Under the pieces are notes generated by a model. It was not told the DNA's origin and made no database searches. It saw only the letters and a program-made list of their open reading frames with translations. From assembly GCA_963744995.1 (NCBI GenBank), contig CAVUWA010000002.1, positions 864,001-928,000 on the forward strand: a stretch of 64,000 nucleotides of DNA, given 5' to 3'. Below are positions 50,945-60,710 of this stretch, in pieces. The position numbers and the translations under genes are program-made. Every line of letters starts with the position of its first letter. Positions within the stretch are counted from its first letter, which is position 1. The DNA is from Candidatus Eiseniibacteriota bacterium (lineage in GTDB: Bacteria; Eisenbacteria; RBG-16-71-46).

Positions 50945-52381
50945 CTACTTCTTCTTGAGAGGTTTGGTCGGCCGCGACCTCGTGCGCCGCTGGGCCGTGC
51001 CCTGCGGTGCGGGCTTGGCCCCTGCGGGGCGGTGCCGCGATGCCGAAGGACGGGACGGCTTCGCGGCCGCCGGGCGGACGGCGGCCTTGGGCGCGGGGCG
51101 GGGAGTGCCGTTCGGCGTCGGCGCCGACCGGGCGTCGGCCGCCGGCTTGCGCACGGTCGCGATGCGCTGCGCCGCGGCGGACAGCCCCGCAGCCCCGCGT
51201 CGCGGCTCCTCACCGAAGTCCTCGCCGTAGGACACGAAGGTCTTCACCTCGCGCGGTTTGCCGTCGTAGTCGAAGTCGGGCAGCAGCACGCGCGCGACGG
51301 TGCGGCCCAGGAAGCGCTCGATCGCGGCGACCTCGCGCTGCTCCTCCGGACTCATCAGCGTGAACACGTCGCCCACCGGCTCGCCGCGCCCCGTGCGGCC
51401 GAGGCGATGGACGTAGTCCTCGGGCACCTGCGGCACGTCGAAGTTCACCACGTGAGCCAGGTTCGCCACGTCGAGGCTGCGCGCGGACGTCGCGCTCGCC
51501 ACCAGGATCTGCACCCGGCCGCGCCGGAGGTCCATCAACGCCTGTTCGCGCTCGGTGTGGCTCGGATGCTCGTCGAGGACCGCCACCGTGAAGCGGCGGG
51601 TGAGCATGCGCGCGAGGCGGATCGCGGCGTGCCGCGTCCTGGTCACGACGACCGTGCTGCGCACCTCGGTGCGCGACAGCAGCTCGTCGAGCAGGTCGGC
51701 CTTGAGGTCCTTGCGCACCGGATAGATCGCCTGGGTGATGCCGGCGACCGGTTTGCTGGTGGGGCCGAGGTCCACCCGCACCGGCTCGATCAGCGCGTCC
51801 TTGGCGAGTCGGTTGAGCTCGGGCGGCATGGTCATCGAGAACATGAGCGTCTGCCGCGTCTCGGGCAGCACCTTGAGCAGCTTGCGCAGGTCCGGCGCCA
51901 GTCCGAGCGATACCATGCGGTCGGCTTCATCGAACACGAGCAGCTCGACGTCCTCGAAATTGAGGCAGCCCTTCGCATGCAGCTCCAGCAGCCGACCCGG
52001 CGTCGCCACCAGAAGATCGACCGGCTGTTCGCGCAGACTCTTCTCCTGCGCCGCCAGGGGCGCTCCGGTGAAGACCACGCCGATCTTGAGGCTGGTGAAC
52101 CGGGCGTAGTCACGCGCCCGGGTTTCGACGTACGCGGCCAGTTCGCGCGTGGGAACCAGAACGATCGCCCGCAGCCGGGTCGAGCTGTCCAGCAGCCGGG
52201 CCAGCAGCGGCAACAGGTACGCTGCGGTCTTGCCCGAGCCGCTCTGGACGGCGGCGATGAGGTCGTTGCCCTCGATGGTGACGGGGATGGACTTGCTCTG
52301 GATCGCGGTGGGTTCGATATGGCCGGTCGCCCGGATGCCCTTCAGAATGGGGGTGGGCAGCCCAAGAGACGCGAAAGTCAC
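50945..52381 (-). CDS. DEAD-box RNA helicase (RhlE-like) with several substituted motifs
   Basis: Q motif, GSGKT, PTRELA, TPGRL, DEAD, HRLGRTGR, basic C-terminal tail. RBS GGAGG before GTG. Confidence 0.9.
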   Translation of the reverse strand: MTFASLGLPTPILKGIRATGHIEPTAIQSKSIPVTIEGNDLIAAVQSGSGKTAAYLLPLLARLLDSSTRLRAIVLVPTRELAAYVETRARDYARFTSLKIGVVFTGAPLAAQEKSLREQPVDLLVATPGRLLELHAKGCLNFEDVELLVFDEADRMVSLGLAPDLRKLLKVLPETRQTLMFSMTMPPELNRLAKDALIEPVRVDLGPTSKPVAGITQAIYPVRKDLKADLLDELLSRTEVRSTVVVTRTRHAAIRLARMLTRRFTVAVLDEHPSHTEREQALMDLRRGRVQILVASATSARSLDVANLAHVVNFDVPQVPEDYVHRLGRTGRGEPVGDVFTLMSPEEQREVAAIERFLGRTVARVLLPDFDYDGKPREVKTFVSYGEDFGEEPRRGAAGLSAAAQRIATVRKPAADARSAPTPNGTPRPAPKAAVRPAAAKPSRPSASRHRPAGAKPAPQGTAQRRTRSRPTKPLKKK

Positions 52382-52629
52382 TTATCCTCCATGATTTTTA
52401 AGTATTTAGGACTCCGGGGCCCCTCTTCGGGGGAGGGCCGACCGTGAGCGGCCCACAGGTTACGGGCGGCCCCGGCCCAGAGCAACGACTGTTTGATGGG
52501 CGCGGACACATTTCGGTGAAATTCTCCTGACAGGGCGTGGTCGGCTGTTCCAGGCTTTGATGCAGCAGACGGTTAGGCGGCTCGTTTCCAGTGCCGTTCG
52601 AGCCTCCGGCGGGCAAGGTTCGAACCGGC

Positions 52630-54309
52630 TCAGCGGCGCGGCGCCCGCCACATGGACCAGATGAGCGCGATGCCGAACACCAGCGAGAACAGGAGCCCCA
52701 GCCGGAACATCCAGGACACGTATCCGGTGCCTCCCGGGAATGCCCGCACCCCGAGCGCCAGCGCCATGGCCACCACCGAGGCGGCGAGAATGATCGCGAG
52801 CGCCAGCCGGTTGGTCATGCGCTGCATCTGGTGCGAAAAGCGCTCGAGACCCTCGTGCTGCACATTGAGCTCGAGCTCGCCGCGTTCGAGCCGCCCGAGC
52901 AGCCGCCCGGCGCGGCGCGGCAGCTCGATGCCGAGTTCGGCCGCGTCGACCGCCGCACGGCCGAACCGCTGCGCGGTCTCGGCCAGGCCGTGGTGCTCGA
53001 TCCAGCGCTTCTGGAAGAACGGGCTCGCGTAGTCGAGGTAGCGGAAGTCCGGGTCCACCGTGAGTCCGAGGCCTTCGCTCATGATGACCACGCGGAACAG
53101 CAGCGCCAGCTCGCCGGGCAGCTGCAACCGGTGCCGGTACGCGACGGCCGTGAAGTCCTGAATCACGGTCGCCGCAGAGAGGTCGCGCAGCGAGCGGCCG
53201 CCGTAGCGCGCCAGCAGGTGATCGAGATCGCGCTGGAACGCGCCGCGATCGGCGCGGCGGCCGGCGACGCCGAGCGCGTACATTTCCTCGGCGAGGTTCT
53301 CGGAGTCCTCGCGGATCGCCGCGAGCCCGGCGCGCAGCAGCCGCATCTGCGTGACCTCGTTCACGCGTCCGACCATGCCGAAGTCCACGACCGCCACGGT
53401 GCCGTCCTGCTGCACGAAGAAGTTGCCGGGATGCGGATCGGCATGGAAGAAGCCGAGCTCCAGCACCTGGCGCAGGAACGTGCGCACCGCGGTCTCGGCG
53501 ATCCCGCGCCGCCGGACGCCGAGCCGTTCGAGCCCCTCGAGGTCGGTGACCTTGACGCCGCCGACCCGTTCCATCGTGAGCACCCTGCGCGTGGTGAGGT
53601 CCCAGTGCACGCGCGGTATCCACAACCGCGGTTCGTCCGTCATCGCGCGGCGGAAGCGATCGGCGTTCTCGCCCTCGCGCACGTAGTCCATTTCGCCGTG
53701 CAGCGAATGGGCGAACTCCTCGACGAGCGGGCGCAGCGCGTAGTCGCGGCCGAATTCGGTATGCAGCTCCATCCAGTCGACGATGTCGCGCATGATGTCG
53801 AGGTCGACGTCCACCTGCTGGGCGACGCCGGGACGGCGCACCTTGACCACGACGTCGCGCCCGTCGTGAAGCCGCGCCGCGTGCACCTGCCCGATCGATG
53901 CCGACGCCAGCGGCTCGTCTTCGAAGGAAGCGAAGCGCTCGAGCGCATCGGCGCCCAGATCCTCGAGGATCACGCGGCGGATCTGGGCCGCCGGCACGCG
54001 CGGCGTCGAGTCCTGGAGCAGGGACAGCTCGCGGATGTACTCGGGCGGCAGCAGGTCGGAGCGGGTGCTGAGCATCTGCCCGAGCTTGGTGAACGTCACG
54101 CCGAGCTCGCCGAGCGCGAGGCGCAGGTGCGCCGCCTGGTGGAGCGGCTCGCGGTCCGGCAGACGCCCTCGGAACGGCGCGAATCGGCGCAGCCCGGCCT
54201 GGTCGACGATCGAGCCGAGACCGTGACCGGTGAGCACGCGCGCCACTTCACGCGAGCGCCGCATCGCGGCCCCGCCCGCGAACCATCTTCCGGGAAGCAG
54301 ACCGACCAT
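52630..54309 (-). CDS. UbiB/ABC1 (AarF) family atypical kinase
   Basis: KLGQMLSTRSDLLP, ASASIGQVH, VVKVRRP, FHADPHPGN, DFGMVG, two C-terminal TMs. GGAG lies 6 nt before ATG 54309. Confidence 0.93.
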   Translation of the reverse strand: MVGLLPGRWFAGGAAMRRSREVARVLTGHGLGSIVDQAGLRRFAPFRGRLPDREPLHQAAHLRLALGELGVTFTKLGQMLSTRSDLLPPEYIRELSLLQDSTPRVPAAQIRRVILEDLGADALERFASFEDEPLASASIGQVHAARLHDGRDVVVKVRRPGVAQQVDVDLDIMRDIVDWMELHTEFGRDYALRPLVEEFAHSLHGEMDYVREGENADRFRRAMTDEPRLWIPRVHWDLTTRRVLTMERVGGVKVTDLEGLERLGVRRRGIAETAVRTFLRQVLELGFFHADPHPGNFFVQQDGTVAVVDFGMVGRVNEVTQMRLLRAGLAAIREDSENLAEEMYALGVAGRRADRGAFQRDLDHLLARYGGRSLRDLSAATVIQDFTAVAYRHRLQLPGELALLFRVVIMSEGLGLTVDPDFRYLDYASPFFQKRWIEHHGLAETAQRFGRAAVDAAELGIELPRRAGRLLGRLERGELELNVQHEGLERFSHQMQRMTNRLALAIILAASVVAMALALGVRAFPGGTGYVSWMFRLGLLFSLVFGIALIWSMWRAPRR

Positions 54310-54345
54310 GAGCTTCTCCGCGGCAGGACTTCCGATACGGAATTC

Positions 54346-54362
54346 AGGCACGACTCATGCCG
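54346..54362. promoter_or_regulatory. Quasi-palindromic sigma54-like (-24/-12) element readable on both strands
   Basis: Plus strand GG-CACGACTCAT-GC and minus strand GG-CATGAGTCGT-GC, located between divergent genes. Confidence 0.5.
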
Positions 54363-54417
54363 TCATGTAGGGTGGAGCCGGGGCCCACGGGAAAGGCCCG
54401 GGAAGGACGGCAAGCCG

Positions 54418-55575
54418 ATGAGAGAGGCCGGTGAGCAGCACATCACTCCCCCGGCGAGCGGAAAGCCGCATACGGAGCGCGGGTCCGAAACGCGCCAATC
54501 CGGCAGGGGCGATGTCAGGACGGCAGAGGGGGATCCCGCCCGGCCGCCGGAGCCGGGCGGCGTCGCGCGCCGGGCCACGGCGCCGATCTTCGCCTGCATC
54601 CGGGTCCTGCTGACCATCGCCGTGCGGGTGTGCTTCCGCCGCGTGCGGATCCGGGGGCGCGAGCACCTTCCCGCGCGCGGTGCGGCGGTGCTGGTCGCGA
54701 ACCACCCGGCGGCGTGGACCGACGTCGTGGTGCTCGATGTCGCGTTCGGAAGGAGGCTCCACTTCCTCGCGCACGAGCCGCTGTTCCATCCGTGGCCACG
54801 CGGCCTCCTGCTCCGCGTATTCGGTTCCCTGCCGGTGTTCTTCCGTCACGAAACGGTGGACGGCCTCGAGCGCAACCGGGAGACATTCGCCCATTGCCAC
54901 GCGCTGCTCGCGGCCGGTGAAGTGGTCGCCGTCTTTCCCGAAGGCGTGAGCGACGACGATCGCACGCTGCGCCCCCTGAAGACCGGCGCGGCGCACATGC
55001 TGCTCGAAGCGCCCGTGAGCGCACCCCCGGCGATCCCGGTGGCGATCCGCTACGAGAACCGGGTCGCGTTCCGCGCCGATCTGACGGTCGTCGCCGGAGA
55101 GCCGATCGCCGCGCGGCCATTCCGGCGTCGCGCGATCGAGGGCGCGGGGGTGGACGAGGCCGCGCACGCGCTCACCGGGAAGATGGCCGGAGCGCTCGAA
55201 GCCGCCCTGGCGGACGCGGCCTCACTCGTCGCGGCGGATCCGCCCGCACCGGCGCCTGCAGGTCGGGCGCCGGCGCTCGCGGCGGCCGGGGCCGCGGGAC
55301 GCCTGCTGCATGCGCCGGCGCTGTTCGCGATCGAGGCTGCGGCGCGGCGCTGGCTCGGCGCTCCACAGCAGCTCATGCTCGGACGCATCGCCGCCGGGCT
55401 CGTGCTGGTGCCGGCCTGGTACCTCGTGCTGGCCGTGGCGGCGGTGGCATGGCACGCGGGACCCTGGCTGCCGTCGCTCGCACTCGTTCCCGCGCTCGGC
55501 TGGATCGCGTGTCTCGACTACGACCGCCGCACGCAGCGCGCGGCCGCCCGTGGCCTCCGAAAGGAGACACGATGA
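54418..55575 (+). CDS. PlsC-like lysophospholipid acyltransferase with C-terminal TMs (start uncertain)
   Basis: ANHPAAWTD, VFPEG, LKTGAA. Confidence 0.85.
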   Translation: MREAGEQHITPPASGKPHTERGSETRQSGRGDVRTAEGDPARPPEPGGVARRATAPIFACIRVLLTIAVRVCFRRVRIRGREHLPARGAAVLVANHPAAWTDVVVLDVAFGRRLHFLAHEPLFHPWPRGLLLRVFGSLPVFFRHETVDGLERNRETFAHCHALLAAGEVVAVFPEGVSDDDRTLRPLKTGAAHMLLEAPVSAPPAIPVAIRYENRVAFRADLTVVAGEPIAARPFRRRAIEGAGVDEAAHALTGKMAGALEAALADAASLVAADPPAPAPAGRAPALAAAGAAGRLLHAPALFAIEAAARRWLGAPQQLMLGRIAAGLVLVPAWYLVLAVAAVAWHAGPWLPSLALVPALGWIACLDYDRRTQRAAARGLRKETR

Positions 55576-56249
55576 CGCTGCTGCACCACGCCCGCTTCGC
55601 AGGCTGGGCGCGCGGGCACCTGCTCTGCCGCGTGGACGACGTCCCGGGACGCTTCGCGCTCACCTTCGACGACGGCCCGAGCACGATCGCGACGCCGCAG
55701 GTGCTCGACATCCTCGCGCGCCACGGCGCCCGCGCGACGTTCTTCACGCTCGCCTCCAACGTGCGGCGCGCGCCCGGGATCGTGCGCCGCATGGTCGACG
55801 AAGGCCACGAGGTCGCGGCGCACGGCGATCTGCACTGGCCGCTGCCGCTGCTCCCACCGTGGGGCATCGCCCGCGAGGTCAGGCGCTCGGTCGCCGCCGT
55901 CGTCGCCGCGGCCGGCGTCAGCCCGCGCTTCTACCGCCCGCCGTTCGGGTTCATGATGCCGGGCCAGTCCGCGTTCGTGAGACGGATGGGCGTCGAATCC
56001 GTGCTCGGCGACGTGTACCCGGAGGATCCCCACCGGCCGGGCGTCGAGACCATCGTGGCACGCGTGACCGGGCGCCTGAGCGCCGGCTCGATCGTGATCC
56101 TCCACGACGGCAGCCCGCTGGGCGAACAGGACCGCACCCAGACCATCGCGGCACTCGAGCCGATCCTCGAACACGCCGCGCGCTCGGGGCTCGCCTCGGT
56201 GACGGTGGCGGAGCTGCTCGAAGCGGAGCCGGAAGGGCCACCCGCCTAG
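55572..56249 (+). CDS. Polysaccharide deacetylase (NodB/CE4)
   Basis: LTFDDGP, HGDLH, YRPPFG, ILHDG. RBS AAGGAG and ATGA overlap. Confidence 0.92.
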   Translation: MTLLHHARFAGWARGHLLCRVDDVPGRFALTFDDGPSTIATPQVLDILARHGARATFFTLASNVRRAPGIVRRMVDEGHEVAAHGDLHWPLPLLPPWGIAREVRRSVAAVVAAAGVSPRFYRPPFGFMMPGQSAFVRRMGVESVLGDVYPEDPHRPGVETIVARVTGRLSAGSIVILHDGSPLGEQDRTQTIAALEPILEHAARSGLASVTVAELLEAEPEGPPA

Positions 56250-56373
56250 GGTCTTGCCGCGGCCGCCGGGAAGCCGCCATCGAACGGCCGCCTGCGCCGT
56301 GGGACCGCCCCGTCACCCACACTGCGGGCCGGCGTCGTGATCGACTAGACTCTGCCGGCCAAGGAGGATTCCC

Positions 56374-57570
56374 GTGAACCCATTCGGCAGGCACCGACTT
56401 CCGGAGTGGCCGCTCGATCCAGGCATCGTCTATCTCAATCACGGCACGGTGGGCGTGCCGCCCCGCCGCGTGCTCGCGGCGCAGCAGGCGCTGCGCGACG
56501 AGATCGAAAGATCCCCGTCGCGCTTCATGCTGCGCGAGCTCACCGGCGGAACGCCCGCTGCAGCGCCCGGACCGTCGCGGCTGCGACAGGCGGCCGCCGT
56601 CGTGGCGCCGTTCCTCGGCGCGCGCCCGGACGACCTGGTATTCGTCGAGAACGCGACCACGGGCGTGAACGCCGTGCTGCGCTCGTTCGACTTCGCGCCG
56701 GGCGACTCGGTCGTCGTCACCGATCGCGTCTACGGTGCGGTCGAGAACGCGGCGCGCTACGTCACCGGACGGCGCGGCGCGACGGTGCGGCGTGTGGACC
56801 TGCCCGTCTCGATCACCGATCCCGCGCAGGTGACCGAAGCGGTCGACGCTGCGATGGACGGCTCCACCAGACTCGTGATCGCCGACCACGTGACCTCCGA
56901 GAGCGCGCTCGTGTTCCCGATCACCGACATCGCCGCGCGCTGTCGCGCGAAGGGCGTACCGCTGCTGGTGGACGGCGCGCACGGACCCGGCGCGATCGAC
57001 TTCGACATCCCGTCGATCGGCGCGGACTGGTACACCGGCAATCTGCACAAGTGGTGCTGGTCGCCGCGCGCCTGCGCGATCCTCTGGACCGCGCCCGAGC
57101 GGCAGGCCATGACCAGGCCTGCCACGATCTCGTGGGGCTACGAAAAGGGCTACGTGCTCGAGTTCGACTGGAACGCGACGCGCGATCCGACGGCGATCCT
57201 GGCCGCGCCGGAGGGCATCGCGTGCATGGAGGAGCTGGGCGTGGACGCCGTGCGCCGTTACAACCATGCGCTGGCGTGGGAGGGCGCGCGCCTGCTGGCG
57301 CAGCACTGGGGCACCGAGTTCGTGACGCCCGAATCCATGATCGGCACGATGGCCACGGTGCCGCTGCCGGAGGACGCCGGGACGACGCCGGAGGAATCCG
57401 TGCGTTTGCGCCGGGCGCTGCTCTATGAAGACTCGATCGAGGTCCAGGCGCACGCGTTCGCGGGGCGACTGCACGTCCGCATTTCGGGACAGGTCTACAA
57501 CGACATGAGCGACGTGGAGCGACTCGCCCAGGCCGTGCAGGCACGGCGGCCGGCGGCGAAGAAGGGGTGA
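56374..57570 (+). CDS. Class V PLP-dependent aminotransferase-like enzyme (isopenicillin N epimerase/EgtE-like)
   Basis: YLNHGTVG, NATTGVN, DHVTS, VDGAH, GNLHKW, TRD, RISGQVYN. Confidence 0.9.
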   Translation: MNPFGRHRLPEWPLDPGIVYLNHGTVGVPPRRVLAAQQALRDEIERSPSRFMLRELTGGTPAAAPGPSRLRQAAAVVAPFLGARPDDLVFVENATTGVNAVLRSFDFAPGDSVVVTDRVYGAVENAARYVTGRRGATVRRVDLPVSITDPAQVTEAVDAAMDGSTRLVIADHVTSESALVFPITDIAARCRAKGVPLLVDGAHGPGAIDFDIPSIGADWYTGNLHKWCWSPRACAILWTAPERQAMTRPATISWGYEKGYVLEFDWNATRDPTAILAAPEGIACMEELGVDAVRRYNHALAWEGARLLAQHWGTEFVTPESMIGTMATVPLPEDAGTTPEESVRLRRALLYEDSIEVQAHAFAGRLHVRISGQVYNDMSDVERLAQAVQARRPAAKKG

Positions 57571-57582
57571 GGCCCGCGTCGG

Positions 57583-58452
57583 TCAGTGCGGCGTCACGAC
57601 GCGCGCCGCGTTTCTCCCCGTGCGCCTTTTCGGCTGACACGCGGGGCACCAGTACGTCGAGCGCTGACCCTGCACCATGTGGTGGATCTCGCCTCCGCAA
57701 CGGCGGCACGGCTCCCCGGCGCGGTCGTAGACGAACAGGCGCTCCGCGTAGCTGCCCGGTTCGTTCCAGAGCGTGCGGTAGAGGCTGAAGGTGGTCCCGA
57801 AGTTCGTCACGGCCTCCGCCAGCACGTCGCGCATCTCGTCGCGGATCGCCTGCCACTCGGCGGCGCTCACGCGCCCCGCGGCGCGCGCGGGATGCACGCC
57901 AGCGCGGAACAGGATCTCGCTCGCGTAGATGTTGCCGATTCCGGCCACGTGACGCTGGTCCATCAGGAACACTTTGACGCTGGCCGTGCGAGCGCGGGCG
58001 AGTTCGGCGAGCGCCTCGGCCGCCGGCGGCTCGGGAAACGGATCCGGCCCGAGCATGGCCAGCAGCGGCGCATCGTGCAGGCGCTCGGTCGCGTGCAGCT
58101 CGAGCATGCCGAAGCGCCGCGCATCCTGGAACCAGAGCTCGGCGCCGTCTTCGAAGAACAGCCGCACGTGCACGTGCGGCAGCCGCTTCACGGGCGGCTC
58201 CTCGTGAAAGAGCCAGCGCCCGCTCATACCGAGGTGGGAGAGGAGCGTGAGCCCTCCGTCGAGATCGATCATCAGGTACTTGCCGTGGCGCCGGAGCGCG
58301 GTGATCGTGCGCCCCTGGACGCGCTGCTTCCAGCCGCGGGTCATCGGGAAGCGCAGCGGTTTCGCCGAGGTCCGTGCACGGGCGATGCGGCGGCCACGCA
58401 CGTGCATCTCGAGCATGCGGCGCACGGTTTCGACTTCGGGGAGCTCGGGCAT
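57583..58452 (-). CDS. mutM: Formamidopyrimidine-DNA glycosylase
   Basis: MPELPEVE, HLGMSG, GIGNIYASE, zinc finger CRRC...CPACQ. Confidence 0.96.
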   Translation of the reverse strand: MPELPEVETVRRMLEMHVRGRRIARARTSAKPLRFPMTRGWKQRVQGRTITALRRHGKYLMIDLDGGLTLLSHLGMSGRWLFHEEPPVKRLPHVHVRLFFEDGAELWFQDARRFGMLELHATERLHDAPLLAMLGPDPFPEPPAAEALAELARARTASVKVFLMDQRHVAGIGNIYASEILFRAGVHPARAAGRVSAAEWQAIRDEMRDVLAEAVTNFGTTFSLYRTLWNEPGSYAERLFVYDRAGEPCRRCGGEIHHMVQGQRSTYWCPACQPKRRTGRNAARVVTPH

Positions 58453-58458
58453 GCGGCG

Positions 58459-58487
58459 ACGCTACGGGGGCGGGAAGAGGCGGTCAA
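58459..58487 (-). promoter_or_regulatory. Promoter for a probable leaderless mutM transcript
   Basis: TTGACC-17 bp-TAGCGT-6 nt-ATG with no Shine-Dalgarno. Confidence 0.65.
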
Positions 58488-58534
58488 CCGTGTCGAAGGC
58501 CGCGGCCCGCCGCCGGGTCACGCCGCTCCAGGCG

Positions 58535-59080
58535 TCAGAGATTGCCCTCGACGACCTCGCCGAGCTCGTGCAGACCGAAGATCATGGTTCTGGGCGGGTG
58601 CAGCTGCCAGTACCAGACCTGGGTCACCCGTTGCGGGGGCGGACGCCACAGCATGACGCGCCCATGGGCAGCGGCCAGGTGTCCGTCTCGATCCCAGAGG
58701 TCGATGTGGTTGACGCCGACGCTGCACTTCCAGAATGCGATGCCCTGACCTTCCATGAGCGGGTAATCGCTCCAGGTGAAATTCGGTCCGGAGTGAGGCT
58801 CGAAATAGCGAATCGACCACCCGGACTTGCGACGGATGTGCTTGGCGAGCCCCTGCGCGCCGCGCGCCAGCTTCACCCCGCGCGCGGTCGTCCAGGTGTT
58901 GCCGTCGAAGCCGTCCATGGCTCTGGGTGACATTGCCTGAAGCGCGTAGCTGAGTCGCAGGGCACAGGTATTGGGGCTCGTCGCCGTCGTGTCACTGAAG
59001 GCGAACCAGGTGACGATTTCATCGCGTGAACCCTGCGGGTAATGGATGACGAGATCATCGAAACAATTGGCGCGCCACAC
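58535..59080 (-). CDS. Tae4-like (T6SS amidase effector family) cysteine amidase
   Basis: NTCALRLSYAL, GQGIAFW, NHIDLWD and VWYWQL match the Tae4 pattern N-x-C-A-x-R-x-S / GII.F / HIDLW / W.W.L. AGGAGG RBS before GTG. Confidence 0.72.
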   Translation of the reverse strand: MWRANCFDDLVIHYPQGSRDEIVTWFAFSDTTATSPNTCALRLSYALQAMSPRAMDGFDGNTWTTARGVKLARGAQGLAKHIRRKSGWSIRYFEPHSGPNFTWSDYPLMEGQGIAFWKCSVGVNHIDLWDRDGHLAAAHGRVMLWRPPPQRVTQVWYWQLHPPRTMIFGLHELGEVVEGNL

Positions 59081-59244
59081 GGGGCCCTCCTACGGCACGA
59101 TGGAAACATGTCGTGGACAGGAACGCTCAGAACCGTACCGAAGAGCCTACGTCCGGAGCGTGGTGAGGGCCAGAATTGAAGTCGGGCCGGGGCGCGCGGC
59201 ACGGGGCCGGGGGATCGGTACATCCGCGCCGGGTCAAGCGGCTC

Positions 59245-60710
59245 CTACGCGGAGGTCCCGGCCGCCGGAAGAATGACGCGGAACTCCGTCCGCCCCGGCT
59301 TCGAGCTCAGCTCCACGATGCCCCTGTGGGTGCCCACCACGGTCCGCACGATGTCGAGTCCGAGCCCGCGGCCCTGACTGACGTCCTTGGTCGTGAAGAA
59401 GGGATCGAACACCCGCTCCTGATCTTCCACGGGGATCCCCGGGCCGTCGTCGATGACGCGCACGACGACGGTGCCTTCACCCCGCGCCGCATCGACGGTG
59501 ATGCGCCCCGCCGCTTCCGCCGCATCGATCGCGTTGTCGATCAGGTGGATCCACACCTGGTTGAGGTCCGCGACCGAGCCCATGACCATCGGCAGATCGT
59601 CCTCGACGGTGAGATCCAGCGAGACGTTCTTGAGCGATGCTTTGGATCTCACGAGCGTCACCGCATCCGCGAGATGCTCCGCCAGCCCCATCGGCTCCAC
59701 GACCGGCGCTCGATCCATGTGCGTGTGCTTCTTCACGGCCGCCACGAGGGAGTGGATCCGCGTGGCCGCCGACAGGATGTCCGCCGCGAGGCCACGGGCC
59801 GTGGCATGGGCAGCGACGTAGTTCAGCACGACGGGTAATTGCTCGTGCCCCAGCGCGGCGGCGGCGTCGTCCAGATCGGCCACGGTGACGCCATGCTCGA
59901 TCAGAGCGTATGCAAGCCCGGGGGCGGCTCCATGAACCTCCAGCCAGCCCGTGCACTGATCCTCGAGATTCGCCCGCTCGATCGGCGCCAGCGGCTCGAC
60001 GGGCCCGCGTGCCGTCGCGGCCTCCAGCGATCGGAGCGCGGCCAGGGCCGCCTCGTCGAGGCCGGCCGCGCCGAGCGCAATCGACGCCGCCGCCAGATCC
60101 AGGCGGCTCACGTCCAGCTCTCCGGCGCCGCGCACGACGGCCGAAGCCGGGTTGTTGAGCTCATGCGCCAGTCCCGCGGACAGGCGACCGAGCGCAGCCA
60201 TCTTCTCCTGGTGCTTGTCGTCGGATTTGAACACGCGCACGCGCGCGAGCATCTCCTGGACGCATGCGGCGGTGAAGTCGTAGCACTCCCGCGTCATCTC
60301 GCGAAAGTCCTCCTGCCGGATCACCAGGAACTCGACCGGGCCGTCGGCCACGAGGTAGCCGCGGGGGTTGGTCATCCGGGAATACGGCAGGAATCCGCTG
60401 ATGCGTCCCGGCGTGATCTCTCTGATCTCGCGCTCGCTCCCGCGCTGATCGACGCGCACCGAGAAGCGGCCGGAAACGAGAACGATGAGCCCCGGGAAGT
60501 CATCCAGCCCGCGGAGGACGAATCCGTCGCCTCGCGGTGGAGCTCCCCGTGATTCACGAGCCATTCGAGTTGCTCGCGAGGGACATCCGCAAGATCCGGA
60601 AGCGCGGCGAGGTGCTCTGCGGTCGTCGATGTGCGGTTCGGTGGCGCCAGGGTTCGGCCTTCGCGGATCGGGGTCGAAGTCGGGTCGGGCGGGACGCAGA
60701 TCCCCGGCAT
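59245..60710 (-). pseudogene. Frameshifted cNMP-domain sensor histidine kinase
   Basis: N-terminus LAALPDLADVPREQLEWLVNHGE lies in ORF 60372..60842. The remainder (LPYSRM, LAHELNNP, DNAIDA, DDGPGIP, FFTTK, GRGLGL) lies in ORF 59245..61080. The frame switches near 60530-60537. Confidence 0.75.

Noticed and set aside
52591..55575. 994 aa ORF as a long acyltransferase fusion
   Set aside because: The first 600 or so codons are antisense to the UbiB kinase gene.
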